Source: Phoronis australis (taxonomy: Eukaryota > Animalia > Phoronida). Taken from it: 64,000 nt of DNA. The position numbers were made by a program, and so were the translations under genes. The notes beneath the pieces were generated by a model. That model saw nothing but the letters and a program-made list of their open reading frames with translations, was not told the origin of the DNA and did not search any database. Where the stretch lies: the NCBI GenBank assembly GCA_002633005.1, contig NMRA01000213.1, positions 589,529-653,528 on the forward strand. The letters run 5' to 3'. Positions 24,401 through 39,400 of this stretch are shown here, piece by piece (within the stretch, counting starts at the first letter, position 1; the number at the start of each line of letters is the position of its first letter).

Positions 24401-27400
24401 GCCTTGGGGGTAATAGCGTGGGTGGCGATAAGTATAACGAGAGTTTCATAATTTCCATGGTTCTTGTTTGCCATTCATCTTTTATTGTATATCCAGTTGT
24501 TTAAACTGTTAATAACAGATATTTTATTAGAAATAAAAAACTTGGCATTTGTAATATTATTAGTGACGCTATCTTTCTAGGTACGCATCATCTGTAGGAA
24601 GTGCTGTGGAGATGTACTGGTTGGGAATGCAGCAAGTGCAAGTAAATAACACCACTAAGTGGTATCTATTGAACAAGACCGAATTTAATAACAACAGCTA
24701 CACCTACTGGAGAAACGGCGAACCGTCACACGATTGCGCACTAATGAACTGCAAGGAACAAAACTGCCAATGGGAAGGCGTAGACTGTGGTTCACGTCAC
24801 CATATAATATGTGAAAGAGAAGGTACGTTGGATCGACTCAGTGTGGGCGTGTCTTGCCTGCTCTTTATATTGGATTGTAAATGCAGTTCGACATCTCAGC
24901 GGTAAACGTTCTGGCTAAAAAATATTTTTCAGTGGTAATCAAATAAACATTTGGAGAACCATCAGTGTGTAGCCTCTTGCTAGATCTTCTTCTATCCTTT
25001 TACGCCAAATGAAATTGTATTAGCAGCCAGATGTACATACATGACTGATTCTGTTTCCCATAACTTGGATGTTTTCAGATATTCCCTCTAAGCAGTTTAA
25101 AAAGTAGGCTTACAATGTACTTCCTGGTAGGAGCAATTACAGCTTTGTGCTCGCTCGGCTATCTGTTTAACTATTAACAATATACAATGGTAAAAAACTG
25201 TGTAAAGAGATCGGACAGTGCATCTTTAAAACTTATTTTACAGCGTTTAGAATAATGGGAGGTTGGACGCAAGTGCGTTGGAACGGTCCTTGCGTGCCGT
25301 GCGGTAAACGGACTCTATTTGCTCAGTGTGACAACCCACCGCCAGTGAATGGAGGCTATTGTAACGACACGTCGTTGACGGCTACGTATGAGGAGGACTA
25401 CTGTTATTGCCCCGGGACGGAGACGGTGGAATATTATGCAAATATCTGTAAGTGACCATGATTTGCCGCAAACAATGGAAAACACGTGCAGTATTTGACA
25501 CTACAAAGTGAATCGAATTTCTAAGCCTGCAGATCTGCAAAACATGTAATTTACTCGTTTGTTTCGAGTAAATGTATGTATTTTATATTAGATCATCAAA
25601 ATCATCGAAAGAATATACTGCTACCACAAGATTGGAACTAATTCAAAAATGATTTAAAGTTTGTTGAGTTGTAAAGGGTGATTATGGATTTGGGCGAGTT
25701 ATTCGACTGGGTATGGCCACCCAATTCTTCTAAAAGGGATCCCCCTTGCGACATTTTCTATAGTGAGCGAGTTGCCACTGAACGGTTATGATTGCTTTCG
25801 GTGCTTTGGTAATTGAAGACCAGATCATACAAAATCCCTGTATTAATCTCGACCGAAGTCCACTCCGCCAAACAAAGCATCCCACGAAAAGTGTGGTCTA
25901 ATGGTCCAACCAGTGCTGTCAAGCCTTGACTTCTGTTGAAACTTTGAGTCATTCTTCGCAAATGTCTATTCGCTGACTCATCCATTGAATAAAACTAACT
26001 GTCTCTCAGTCACTAGTGCATTGGTACTTTGTTGCAAAAATTGCTGGAAGCCTTCAGCAAATCACGCACGTTCTCGAACTTTTTGGACTGTGGACACTCT
26101 TTCCACTAGCAGGGTTAGCTAAAGGTCCTAGGCAGAAATCTCTTCGGACTTATATTCAATAGGTCACGTGATGTGATCAAAAAGATGGCGTGCTGAAGGG
26201 GCAAAATATTCGCAATTATTCGTGTTATAGTAAATTCCGGTTAATTCCTGTGCTAGTCTGTTAAAATTGAAGTCATCTTTGTTCACAGTTGCCAGTCCTA
26301 TATACATTGGGCATGTACTGTACATCAAAAATAATCTCCTAGCTTGACAGTCTGACTGAAACAGCGATAACGAGTTTCAAATAGTGTACTAATCCTGGAC
26401 TTTTTTAGAAAAATATTTATATTTTTTCTTTGTAAAACCGTCTAGAAAAGAGCCTTTGTGTAGTTCATAAGTAGTGATCTTAGTTTCATGTTGATTTATC
26501 TTTAGATTTCGAGCAATGCTAGTGTTTTTGTCAGTCTTTGTACTTTAATACACAATCACGTGTTTGGTTGTTTGCACCGCATGTCCTGATGCTGATGTGC
26601 TTCCAATGAACACTATTTGTGATTCCCTTCACTACTTTAAAGTATCTCCAACTTCCTCCAGCGAGCAGTTGACAGTATTGGGTTAATAAGGTGGAATACG
26701 AGAGGTGTAACTGTATATAAAAGGCAAGCGGCCCAAGTATTTATATCATTTAACAGTATTGTTGGATTTGAAATTCTGAATAAATTTGCTGTTTATAACG
26801 AGATATCACGGATTCCGTAAGATGAGAGCTCTCTCCACGAACCCGAAACAGTAAATTCAACATAGTTAACAAATATTACATTAACGCCCATCTTTAACCG
26901 TAACACCTGTAAATTTGATTCCTACGGTATGTTAAGAGCATCGCTCTGAGACCACTAGTGTCATAAATTGTCGAATGTAATAAACTGTTAAGCGGGAAAA
27001 TAAATATCTGTGAATAACACCGGCAAGCAATGGTGTTCTACTGATTTAGATCCCTGATGCAACTATGATCGGCCTTTTGTTGTTTGTACTGGGATCTTGG
27101 GGTGGCGCAATATGGCACAAAAAGGCAGCTTCACCTATCACTTCACGGGCCAACATTTGTTTTTTCTCCTTTTGCTAAGACTTTGCTAGAACAACCCGGT
27201 TAGCCCAATACATCTAAAATAACAAAATTCCGTTAAATATAGGCTTAGTTCTCTCTGTCACGTGTTTTTTCTATCTTACTTTTATCAGCCCCCTTGTCCC
27301 TGTTCATCAACTAAATGTATGCCGGTCGCTTCGACGGTTTCACTACCACGCCTGCTTCCTGCCTACCCCAACTTCAGGAGTGGGAGGGTGTTGCCCCCTG

Positions 27401-30400
27401 CCCCCCGCATCCTTTGGCTGAGATTGCTATGTTATACATTCAAATATTTTCGAGTTATACGACAAATATTCACACGTTTTAGTTTGACTGAACGCACTCG
27501 CACCTTATCAGGTGTTTGCCTCATTTGGTTCCCGATGAGCTATGCCTGTATGGAATTCATGTATAGTTAACTCATCTCCAAATTAAACTTAGATTGTGCA
27601 CAGTGACGGGTCTAGGATACCATAAAGGGAGGAGGCAAGATGTTTCATCGGAGAATTGGGCAAAGCGCGATTGTATGCACAAGCGGCCCGAAAGCTGAGG
27701 GGGCTGGCGATGTAGACCTGGTGTTGCCAAATTCTATCGGAGGACTGAAAAAAATAATAAAAACGGGAACGCGATTCCGCTACGCTCTGCCACCCCCCGC
27801 TCCCATTCCGAATTGGTGCACTCCTTTCTTCACGCTGTTGCTGCTGTTTATTATTCCTTGCAACCACCCAGGGGGGCGCGCCCCCTGCCCCCCTAAATCC
27901 GCCTATGGTGCAACTTCCCTTCCGTTGTACTTGTAGCTCTCTGTGATCTATCGGCTGGTCAGCAGCTTCAAGTGGTGTCCTCAAGCAACCGAATGATTCT
28001 TGGCAATGAGTTGAAATACCTCAACGGCGTGAACAGCGAGATGGACTGTGCCATTCTGTGCCTGGATGAGTCGGGTTGCAAGTCTGCTGACTTCTCTAAC
28101 AGCACAAACGTCTGCATCTTAAAAAACGTCACGTGGTCCGACCCAGACTTGGATCCGAGCATTGTCCAGCCAAATAACACCCTGTCTCACTTGGAGTTTG
28201 CATGTGTCGTAGGTAAGTCATTTGCATTACTTATAAGCACCTGTTCCGTAGCAGCGAGAATCTCGCGAAAACGTACATGCATAAGCACGCAAGACTTTGC
28301 CCGATACCGGAATCTATTAAAAGCAAAGCAAGAGATTCTTGGGTCTACGGAACTCTTTCCAGGTAGAACATTGCCCAATGGCCTTTATTTTGCTACCTTT
28401 CAGCCTGGTTATACGAACGTAGTGTCCTTGTATTTTAAGGAAGTGCCGTAAAGTTTAGGATAGTTCCGTTGTACGTGCTCGTTCATTGTGCGCGGTCTAC
28501 GCTGACAGACTGTTCTTTGTAACAAGGTTTTACCAGAGTCCATGCGTATACGGTGAAGACGCCAAACACAAAAGTCTTTTTTCTGAATGATTATCATGAA
28601 CTAATCAATAAACATACAGACTCAGAAAACACCAAGAGTCATCGTATCTGGGCTAAACAATTCAAAACAGTACAAAAAATCTGGTATATATAAATATGCG
28701 CCAGTAACCTGATAAACTAATGTTAAGATTGCAATGATAAATACTAAAAATAAATATGCTTACGAATATAAATAAATCATGTTTATACACAATAAGCAAG
28801 ACAAAGTTTGATCTAATACCATAAATTCCTACACTGGGGTAATCTTCGGGTGTACTGGATGAGGGTCACCGCAATTTCCAAAGGACAAGCGTTTTATAGA
28901 GGTCTAGAAATGTCGGCCCCTTTTTGGTAGGAGGTTGACGTTGCACCGGGGGTCCTAAATCAGTCCGTATCAATGTTTTTGGAAACAACGCAAGTTCAAT
29001 GCAAAAATATCTTTTAAAAAATTCAAAGAAGATGCCTTTAATTGCTTTTGTATCTTCAATTTCATCAACAGTTTAATGAAACTGCACTGCACACCTATCC
29101 TCAGACACACTCAAATCTTGAATGAATGAGGAAATATCTTCGATGTTTATAGTTGTTTTTATTCATTCAAGCAGAACCACGAATAGTTAATGAAATTGAA
29201 AGAGAAATGATGTCCTGGTCGAGACAATTTTAAAACTTCTTTTGGCAGAATTACAACAGCAGTAAAGTAGACCTAGTTCTTGTTATCTAAACTGGTTTGT
29301 CTGTACCTTGTTATCTAAACTGGTTTGTCTGTACCTTGTTATCTAAACTGGTTTGTCTGTACCTTGTTATCTAAACTGGTTTGTCTGTACCTTGTTATCT
29401 AAACTGGTTTGTCTGTACCTTGTTATCTAAACTGGTTTGTCTGTACCTTGTTATCTAAACTGGTTTGTCTGTACCTTGTTATCTAAACTGGTTTGTCTGT
29501 ACCTTGTTATCTAAACTGGTTTGTCTGTACCTTGTTATCTAAACTGGTTTGTCTGTACCTTGTTATCTAAACTGGTTTGTCTGTACCTTGTTATCTAAAC
29601 TGGTTTGTCTGTACCTTGTTATCTAAACTGGTTTGTCTGTACCTTGTTATCTAAACTGGTTTGTCTGTACCTTGTTATCTAAACTGGTTTGTCTGTACCT
29701 TGTTATCTAAACTGGTTTGTCTGTACCTTGTTATCTAAACTGGTTTGTCTGTACCTTGTTATCTAAACTGGTTTGTCTGTACCTTGTTATCTAAACTGGT
29801 TTGTCTGTACCTTGTTATCTAAACTGGTTTGTCTGTACCTTGTTATCTAAACTGGTTTGTCTGTACCTTGTTATCTAAACTGGTTTGTCTGTACCTTGTT
29901 ATCTAAACTGGTTTGTCTGTACCTTGTTATCTAAACTGGTTTGTCTGTACCTTGTTATCTAAACTGGTTTGTCTGTACCTTGTTATCTAAACTGGTTTGT
30001 CTGTACCTTGTTATCTAAACTGGTTTGTCTGTACCTTGTTATCTAAACTGGTTTGTCTGTACCTTGTTATCTAAACTGGTTTGTCTGTACCTTGTTATCT
30101 AAACTGGTTTGTCTGTACCTTGTTATCTAAACTGGTTTGTCTGTACCTTGTTATCTAAACTGGTTTGTCTGTACCTTGTTATCTAAACTGGTTTGTCTGT
30201 ACCTTGTTTTTTGTCATTGTCATTCAGACAATTAACTAAACAGCTTGAACTAATGTTTGTCGGGTTTGTTTGTCGTCGCAAAATGACAAAATGAAGAGAG
30301 CTGAAATGGAACAATAAAGCTGTAATATGATTCACTTCCAGTATTGATCAAATCTCTTAATTCTGCTATCCTGGATCCACAGACTTAAAGTAACCAATGA

Positions 30401-33400
30401 TGGTTTTTGGGTAAAGTATTTCATTTGCAGTATCACTCACTGTGTGTTCACAACATGTATTTTTGAGGTGCGTTTTATCATGTGTTCCCAGAAAATTACG
30501 AATATATTTTTACTTCAAATGTACGGCTATAGCAGCCAAATTCGGGACTCTGGAAAGCAGAGCCAGGATGAAGATTCCTATTACTAGCCAACCTGGTATA
30601 GAAATATAAGAGTTCTTAAGTCAACAGTCTTTTAAAAAGCAATTGCAGCGTACTTATAGTTATTTTTGCTCGATTCAGACGGACTGCCTATGTTTTACTC
30701 CTCACGGTTTACGATTAGTTTTAGGGAATCATGCTCGCAATTTTTCATTTTCAAACATTTCAGAAATAGAAAATCCTACACGAGTCTCAGGTTCATGACC
30801 TCTCGGAAATATCGTCAAAATCCGGAGGCTTGCCGGGGTTTTGCCCTTGTCATTAATCTGAAACCGTAAAAACGATCTTTTTTATCGAAAAATTCGACGT
30901 GTCTAAAACTTTCAAATGACGAAACTTTTGAAAAAACACCCTAGAGCAATATAAGGTAATTCAGTTACAAGTGTTAATAGTTTTACTTTAAGCTTAACAA
31001 TTGTAAATTGCATCCACCTTTCGAAGCAATTACTAATGAATAGTCTTTGAAGTTGAACTATTAAATCCTAAAAATGTTTGTAAATAACTGCCAGCAAGGC
31101 TTCCTCACGCGTGAGCACTGGTTTGACCTTGAGACAGCACAGCTAGACAGTCTCGCCGTGTTTCTTGATGTGGGGCTCGTCTCGGCTTGAATGAACGTGG
31201 ATATTAAATGCTCCGCCGAAGATGGGTCCGTTTGAGAAGTTGTTTGTATGTCCTTCCGACTGGGACTACGTACAGTTGCGACACCCGATTTGTCAATCAT
31301 AACCTTGTCACCTTCTCGGGATTCCGGCATTGTTTGGTTGGCACGCGAGTTTGGTTGTTTTAGTGCTTTGCAGACGATAAAATGTAAGGCGTATAGATGT
31401 CTACTTGGCACTACTTTGTGATTCGCCCATGTAATGTCAAAAAATACGTACTCGGTGTTATTAATCAGTCTTGTCGTAACATTCCAGGTCATGTGAGAAT
31501 TATGATGTTTTCTGAAATCCGTCCAAATTTACAAAAGCATTAGCAAAATTTTACGCGTTTTCAAAACCATGCACCTTAACTGATATGGGAATCATAAATA
31601 ATATTCTTTAGGCACCGAGATGGTGGGGGGAAGTTGAAAGCTGCTCCCTTAATTTTACTGATGATTCGAGATTAGAGTGGTTTCAGATAACTTTCTGGAC
31701 AAAGCTGATATCCAACAGTCAGACCATCGCACGTTTATATGAAAAACTAGGATTGTACCTTGACGAAAATGTTCTGAAATATGATCTTCCTAGTCGAAAT
31801 CGAACTCGAAGTTCATTTTCGGGTACAGGTATTTCACAGTCTAGTTTTTGAGAACTCAAAGTAGCCTAACTTGTTTTTTTTTATGCCCGAAAATCGTTAA
31901 GTACACTGGCTGTCCAAAATCACAAATTGGGAACATAAACTTACATGTGCTAATTGACATAAAGTTTATTTTTAATTCGACTGATGATTATTCGAGCAAA
32001 ATAAAATAACTTTTAGCGACTACACTACCCCTTAATAGTCGATGATAACAGTGGCACCTGGTCGATGGGACCGAAGTTGACTGTTCATACTGCCCCGCAG
32101 CGTCGAATCGGATGCTCTGCTATTAAATTCACCAGTTTAGTGCGAAACTAACTGGCGTTGTTAACTTAGATCCAAACCCGAATATAACCGTCATACTGAC
32201 CGCAACTCCCCAAAACATCGACGCGTCGACGTTAGCAAGAAAGGCCCCATAAACAAGAAAAATCTCTGCTTGCAAGACAAAATGGATAAATCTTGCAAGT
32301 GCAGACCATTTTCAGCATCTAGTAAACGTTTGCTCTAATTCAAATCCCGGTTTTAATTTGGTAGCTGACTGATTGGGACCCGAACACATAGGTGCGTGCA
32401 AATAAGCGCATAAACTCGCTACAGTACGTGTACGTAACCAAACTCTTGTGATTGGACGAGTTGAAACATTGAATTGAATGATAAAATCGCTGGTTACGTT
32501 TAGCAAGCCAAGAACTCACACTGTTTCGAAAGTGTAAGCACCGCCACAAGTCCTCATAATATTTTGCAGGAGACAAAAGCCCGTATTGGTGGGACAACTC
32601 TAGTAGATGGAACGCGTTCTCATACAGCCTGCAGCACCTGGATTACGAAGAAGCCAAGAGACATTGTGACATGCGCAACAGCCACGTATTATTCCTGAAT
32701 AGCTTGCAAGAAGTGAGCCAAATCATCCAATGGAAAAATGGGTAAGTACAGTTCACCTTTAGTTCGTGAAAGACTTGAATGATCCTCTTATTTGACCAAA
32801 GGACATTTTGTTCACGTGCCACACAATTCGACGACTCACAGCAAAGAAAATTGCGAGTTTGATATCGAAGTCAGAAGCAAATTCGAGGCTTCGTTGACAA
32901 TCAATTTCCAGACTTTAAACCAACTAGATGTCTTAGAAGGTTGACCCATCAGAACCGGCAGGGTCAATGAAGTCCAGCCATTGATGGTGTCCTTAAAAAT
33001 ATTTATTTTACTCCGAAATATGAAGAACTGCCAGTGCTCTAAAACCCATCGCGTGCCGGCATCACGATTAGACAGACATGAGGGTGTGTAGTATCCGAAA
33101 GTAAACGGGTTCCTCTTTGTCTTTGCATGGTATACTTTGGGGACAAAGCTACTGTGCATAAATACTGCTTTTGGCGACATTTATTTGAATTTTCTTACCC
33201 TGACGTTCTGAGTTAAGCACAAACCATTTTGTTGCCGCAGCAAAAACTTGTCTGCGGATGTCTTCTGGTTGAGTGAGGCCAAGTCCAGTGCAGCCGATTA
33301 TGATTGGATGAAGCCGGTTGCAGCGGGATTTCACTCAGCGAACCAGTGCTTGAGTCTTGTGTGTAACTTCACGCACTGCTACGAGATGGCGCGTATGTGT

Positions 33401-36400
33401 AATGACAGCCTGCCGGTAATTTGTGAGAAAAACTTGCCAGGTAGGCCTAAGTCTGATAACTGTGGCGCGCATCGTTTGGCAAAATAAACTTTAATTACAT
33501 TTTTTCTTTCGTGGTGTTCTTTATTGAAATGAAAGAGGGATAGTACATGAATGATAATGGCCAGTTTTAATGTTGTCTCAACTACTCATGGTGACGGTCC
33601 AAATCGTTTTTCTTGTTTTTGCTAAACAAACACCGAGACATCTTGCACAAAATCGGGGTGGCTATGTGATGTTTGCATTGAAACATTTAGTAACATATTC
33701 ACGTTTTACTCTGAATTTGATTGATACAGGGTGTTTCAAAATTATCTGAATTATTAATGCCATGAAGTGGTTTCACTGGAAAACACTGTTATTGTTTTTT
33801 AATCATTTTAGGTTTTAAAAAGTTTCCTTACAAAACCAAAGATTTAGAAAACATATCTCACTTAACATTATAATTGCAAAGATACAACGAATGCAGTTTC
33901 AAGAATTTACACAAACGTAAATTCCGAATGTCAACAACGATTGTGCTGGGTCTCTACTGCTTATTACCAACATCGACAAATTACTCTTGAAGCTATTCTT
34001 TTCTTAACATTCACGAATTCAAAATCGAGCATGAGGTTTGTCTGTCGTTAAACAGGCACGCCAATTTGTTGCCCATCAAATTCTTGAGACCGGACGCCAA
34101 AATCATATAATGTGCGAGGTGTGTGGTAACGAAGACAATAATGCCAATGAATTTATTATTGCACAACAGCTGATGGACCAAGAAGCCTGAACAATCTGCC
34201 TGCAACCTCGTTCAAAGTGTCATCTGTCCTTTCGCCGAATTGTTCCTTCTTGCCTACATTCAGTGAAATTGCATGGTGCGCCACCACCACATCGTATCCC
34301 TACGATAATATAGAGGTCGATCTTGGTGTTGACTGGGTGGTTACAGCAATTGGGACGAAGGTAATTCCATTCGCATGGTTTTCGTTGTATCCAACGTCTT
34401 TTAATTCATTCACAGAACTAAAGCCGTGAAACATTTCTGTTTGTGGACAGGGCGTGTTTTGTGCCCGAGGCAGAGAAATGTTCATGAATAACACAAATCT
34501 CTTCCTAACCCATGAACAGGCAAGTTTTTTCCGACTCACGGTAATTATCAGCAACATCTTGGAGCATCATGCATGGCATGCTCTGAATTCAAACATCTAG
34601 CGCAAGATACAGGTAGGTATGCACATAATGACTGAAAAGTCGATTCGATACATTAAGTCTCAAAATTGCTATTATTTACAGGGTAGCACAAGCCACGACC
34701 AATGGGTTACAGTTTACGAATTTTACTTGGGTATGGACAGTCATTCTGTTGAGTGCGAACAAGCTTTCCCTCGCAGGAGCGTATGTAAAGCGGTAAGGAT
34801 GTAGCTGACAGCTGGTTCATGCCCTCATTGATTTTGATCGAAATGTGACGTTATATCATAAATTGCGCCAATAACACTTAATCCATGGCCTTGGTAAAGT
34901 TGTCATTGGTTCTGTTTTGATAGTTCAATAATTTATTGAAATAATCACAAATGCATAACATAATAGCACTCCGTACGGAAATCGCTGAGAGCGTTATACC
35001 CGGGCCTTAGACATTTTAAAAATGCACTAATTATTGCGTTAACAATAAATACTGAATAAAAACTTCTTCTGTAACTGTAGCTGAGATGAAAATTTCAATG
35101 TTAAGCGAATCTAGTACGTACACCACAATGCAAAGGAGTGAAGTAAGTTCATGCATTTATTAACTTTTACCCAAGGTCAATGTTTTCGCTCCCAAAAATG
35201 TGACAGTGGCCGACTTACGGCTAAAAACTTTCATTTCTCCACTTGTGATAAATTCCAGCACACCGCAGTCATCGTTCATTGATGTTTAAAATCACATGAG
35301 TTGCCACTACCACTGCAATGGAACGTTGCTTTATTGCATGCGCAAGAATAAAAAACAACGCCTCAGCATCAACTGCTATTTGACTGCGTTTTCGAACAAA
35401 ATGGCTTCCGCATAGGCTACCGATCTATCCTTGCAGACCTGGAGTTGTCTGCTTGGGCGCAGGCTACCAACGGGTTGGAAAAAAACCCATGACCTGTGTT
35501 TTTAAAAGGAAATTGTAGAATATTCCGAGTTTTTATATTAGTACAAAATCTTGACACCAGGCCCTGGAATACATTTTCGTTTCCAATTTTCTATCACCGG
35601 CGTTTTTAATGCGTACGATCAGTTACGACAGGACGTGCGACCATTCCCTGTTGCTCCATTAATTCGGTGGTAGTTTTGTCTGAATTTAAAATAGTGGGTT
35701 TGTTTTATAATGCGATCCAGGGCTGCTCCTATGGTTTCCAAGTTGAATGTACAGAAATGATTAAGATAAATTATAATGCCTTATCAAATAAGTTCAAGAA
35801 CATTGTGATAAGGCGAACAATATCTGTTTATAAAAACATTTACTCATTCTTCATAATTTCTCTATTTTCAGTTCAACGGTAACGTAAACAAAAACTCAGA
35901 GGTTGTTAACAGGCTAGAGTTTCCGCGCGTGGCACGATTTGTGAGAATTCAACCTCTTTCCTATCATGGTTGGAAGTCTTTACGATTGGAAATATACGGC
36001 TTTGCATACGGTAATTGTTCTTAATAGGTCCACTCACATATCTCATTATTTTGGCGTAACAGATTTGATTGCAACTACATGAGATGTAACATCGTAAACT
36101 TAAGCAATGTGCTAGCAAACGAGCTTCCTTTTTCTATTCTTGACTGCTTAGGCGTACTCTGGGATCTGTTTTGTTGGGCTTATTAGCGATAGCAAGGGAA
36201 AGGTACTGGTATTTTTTATTTCGTTATTTCTTAATGTCAATAAGCCAATCAGTTGCACCACTTTTCATTTTGGAGCCAGCCACACATAGCACAATAATAC
36301 ACTGAATAATCATGACTACAATAAATAAATTGAAATAATAAGTTAACTATGTCAGGACTTCAGGCGTTATACATTACATCCTCTTAGACGGAAATTTTAA

Positions 36401-39400
36401 TTTGCAAAAATTAGCCCTGGGAACGTCAGAGTAAAACATCACTGGCAGTAATAGAGTCTTGAACAAGGTATGGAACACAGCATGATTCGAATAATCAAAT
36501 GCTTGCTTTGGCGTATCTCAGTGTTTTGACTTGACTTGATGTAAGCGAATGCCTATCCCCGTGGATATCCATCATAAACCCAAAAGTATTTGATTCTTTA
36601 TAGCGTGATAATTTTTACTGGGAACAATAATGCCTCACCTTGATTGAAGAGGAATATACAACTGGTTTCATTTGTCCGAGGCTGTTGTACTTTCGGACAG
36701 GTATTATCAAAAACAATCCATCTTAGACCCTGTCACTCCAAACCTATGCAAACTAAGTTTGGCTGTAAAATACCTGGCGCAACTGTGGCAAACGCTTTCC
36801 AAAGATCCAGAAAAATAACAGATATCAGGAGACCTTTGTCCAGGCTGCTTATGATATTGTCAGAAAATTCTACCGACAAAGAATTAGCCTTACCCAGAAA
36901 TCTTGCTGTATTTAGCCACTAAAGAATTAATAAATGTACATATGTCGTCGAAAAAGCAGACTTATTCCTTGCCATATGATGGAGTTCCAAGCATTGCTTG
37001 TCCTTGCTTAGGTCCTTGAGTGCAACTTTAAAGAAAAACAAGATTATTGCTGACATTTATGTGGGCGACGTTTTTAATCGAAGAGCACAAGTCTCAAAAT
37101 GGCTTGGTGTAGAGATGAGAACACGAACTTTAAAATTAGCGCGTAAGTAGAAAAAAGACATATTGATCCGACGTTTCGGTTCATTCGCTATATACCTTTC
37201 TCAAGACAATAGTTCACATTATTCAATCAGGCGACACAAGTGGAGAACAGATTGTACAGGTACACATCAAAATGCATTCTGAGGGGAGACACCAGAAGTC
37301 AAAACAGTCGGAGTTCAAATGAACCAATGTATCTATTGAGATGGCGCTCGGCATGGTAAATGCATAGCCTCCTTTATACCACAATATTAGCCTCGAATGG
37401 CAGATACAACCGTGTAATAACCCATAAAATTATCTCACTAACGCCCTTCGGGCGATAATTCTCCAAAATCCACACGGGCTTTAGATAACGGGGGATAACG
37501 ACTTCGCCATGTAATAATCTATATTTATAAGGAGCCTGATGGTGACATTATTCTTGTGTAAGTTCTGAACACCAGAGTAATCTATAGTGTGACCAGTTTT
37601 CAATGAATGCCTTGAGAATGGTTTATAGTGAATAACCGAAACTTCGGATCAATATGTCTTGTTTTACCTATGTGCTAATTTTAAAGTTCGTGCTCTTTTT
37701 TGGTCAAAAAGGAGATGAGAACCTACAATTCTTTTACCTAAACTTGTATAATTCGCACTTGATTAATTCAAGTAGGCTGATTTGCTCTATGAAAAAAGGA
37801 AATGTTACATCAGTTTCTCATTGGTCACCAACTCAACCTCACCCCCTGTTATAACCAGTTTCTCCACCGCACTTCCACTTGAAACCGGTTTCGTAACTCG
37901 GTAGTGCCCAATTTTATGGCCGCCACCGCCCCCTCGCTCTCCAAAAGTCGTCTCTTCACCTAGATCAATTAGCTTTACTGTAAGACTGCAACTCTTTGGT
38001 TGCAAAGAGATGATTATTGCCTGGTCTGATGACGCCGATCTGGAGTCTGATTTGTGGTTAAATACGTTGCACAAATAGTCAAAACTGATAAATTCGAAGT
38101 GAACTCGAGCTAAAACAATCAACTGAAAAAAGTAACAAAAGGGTAATCAATAATCCTCGTATCGTTTGTGGACGACATCATTTCATACGCTATTCTAGAT
38201 ACCCCACGAGATAAATATGGTGGATGGTCGAGCTGGGGAGCCTGGTCACAATGCACTGAGCGAACCGACACTACCCGAAATCGGAGTCGAGTTTGTAACA
38301 ACCCGGTACCCCAAACAGGTCGGCACTGCCTCGGAACGCCATTCTCCTACAAGGATTGTCCAACCGGTATGCACCACTTTCTAATACGATACAGCCATTT
38401 AGATAGCTAAGAGTGGTCTCATGGTAAATTAGCATAACCTAAAAATGGAGTGTTATTGGATATTGTCATCTCGTTGGTGTCAAGTTATGCCTTTGTGATT
38501 GCATGAAGTGAGTCTGGTATTGTGGAGTAGAAAACTGTATGGTGTTTTCAACCATCACTATTTTTGTGATGCATGAACGTGTGTATCATCAAGAGATACT
38601 AACATAGTTAGCCTATGAGCATATATTAGCGATGACTCGGTTACTTAAATACATGAACAACTTAGCATTCGGTAACTTTCGTCAACCCGTAACATTTGTG
38701 AAAAAGTGTGATAAAGACTTGCAACTGCTTATAAGTTGGCGTTTAGCGCAATACGCGTTTGAAACACGTCTGCGGAGAAAAAAAACGTCTACCTCTTTAA
38801 ATTCTGTAGTGGAGAGAGCATATTACAAGAATTTCAGTTTTGTCCTTCGAGCGAAATAAAGTATAACAACACGAAATAGGTGAAGCAGTTTGGAATCAAA
38901 TGGCCAAAACGTTTAAGTAAACCAGTAAATCGTTCAAATTATTTAAGAAAACAGTTTTGGAAATTCAGTTTTGCTTTGGCTTTCCCCCAAAACAGTTGAT
39001 GGGAATTGGACAACGTGGTCAAACTGGACGGCGTGCTCACTTACCTGTGGAGGAGGTTCACGGAGTCGAACGCGGAAGTGTGCCAACCCTTATCCCATGA
39101 ATGGTGGCCGGTATTGCGTAGGCAACGCACAGGAGACGGTGACATGCAACACTTCGCATTGTCCAGTGAACGGGCATTGGTCAGACTGGATAAATAGGAC
39201 GTCATGCAGTGTCTCTTGCGGCGGAGGGTCTTATAACAGATTAAGGAATTGTTCGAGTCCTTCGCCTGCGCATGGGGGGCTGTACTGCCCAGGAAACAGT
39301 TCTGAACTTGTCGTCTGCAATACTTACCCGTGCCCCATTGATGGAAACTGGACTTCATGGTCACAGTGGTCCAATTGCTCGTCGGAATGTGGCTTGTCAG

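Noticed and set aside
29279-30208. CRISPR-like array (28-bp repeats)
   Set aside because: Units are contiguous with no spacers, there are no cas genes, and the context is a eukaryotic intron.
31061-31492. 143-aa minus-strand ORF
   Set aside because: No recognisable motif; it lies inside a probable non-autonomous DNA element.
34056-34118. AG...GT-bounded segment before the first F5/8C exon
   Set aside because: It has a stop in the required phase 1 frame; the 34170 acceptor gives a continuous domain.
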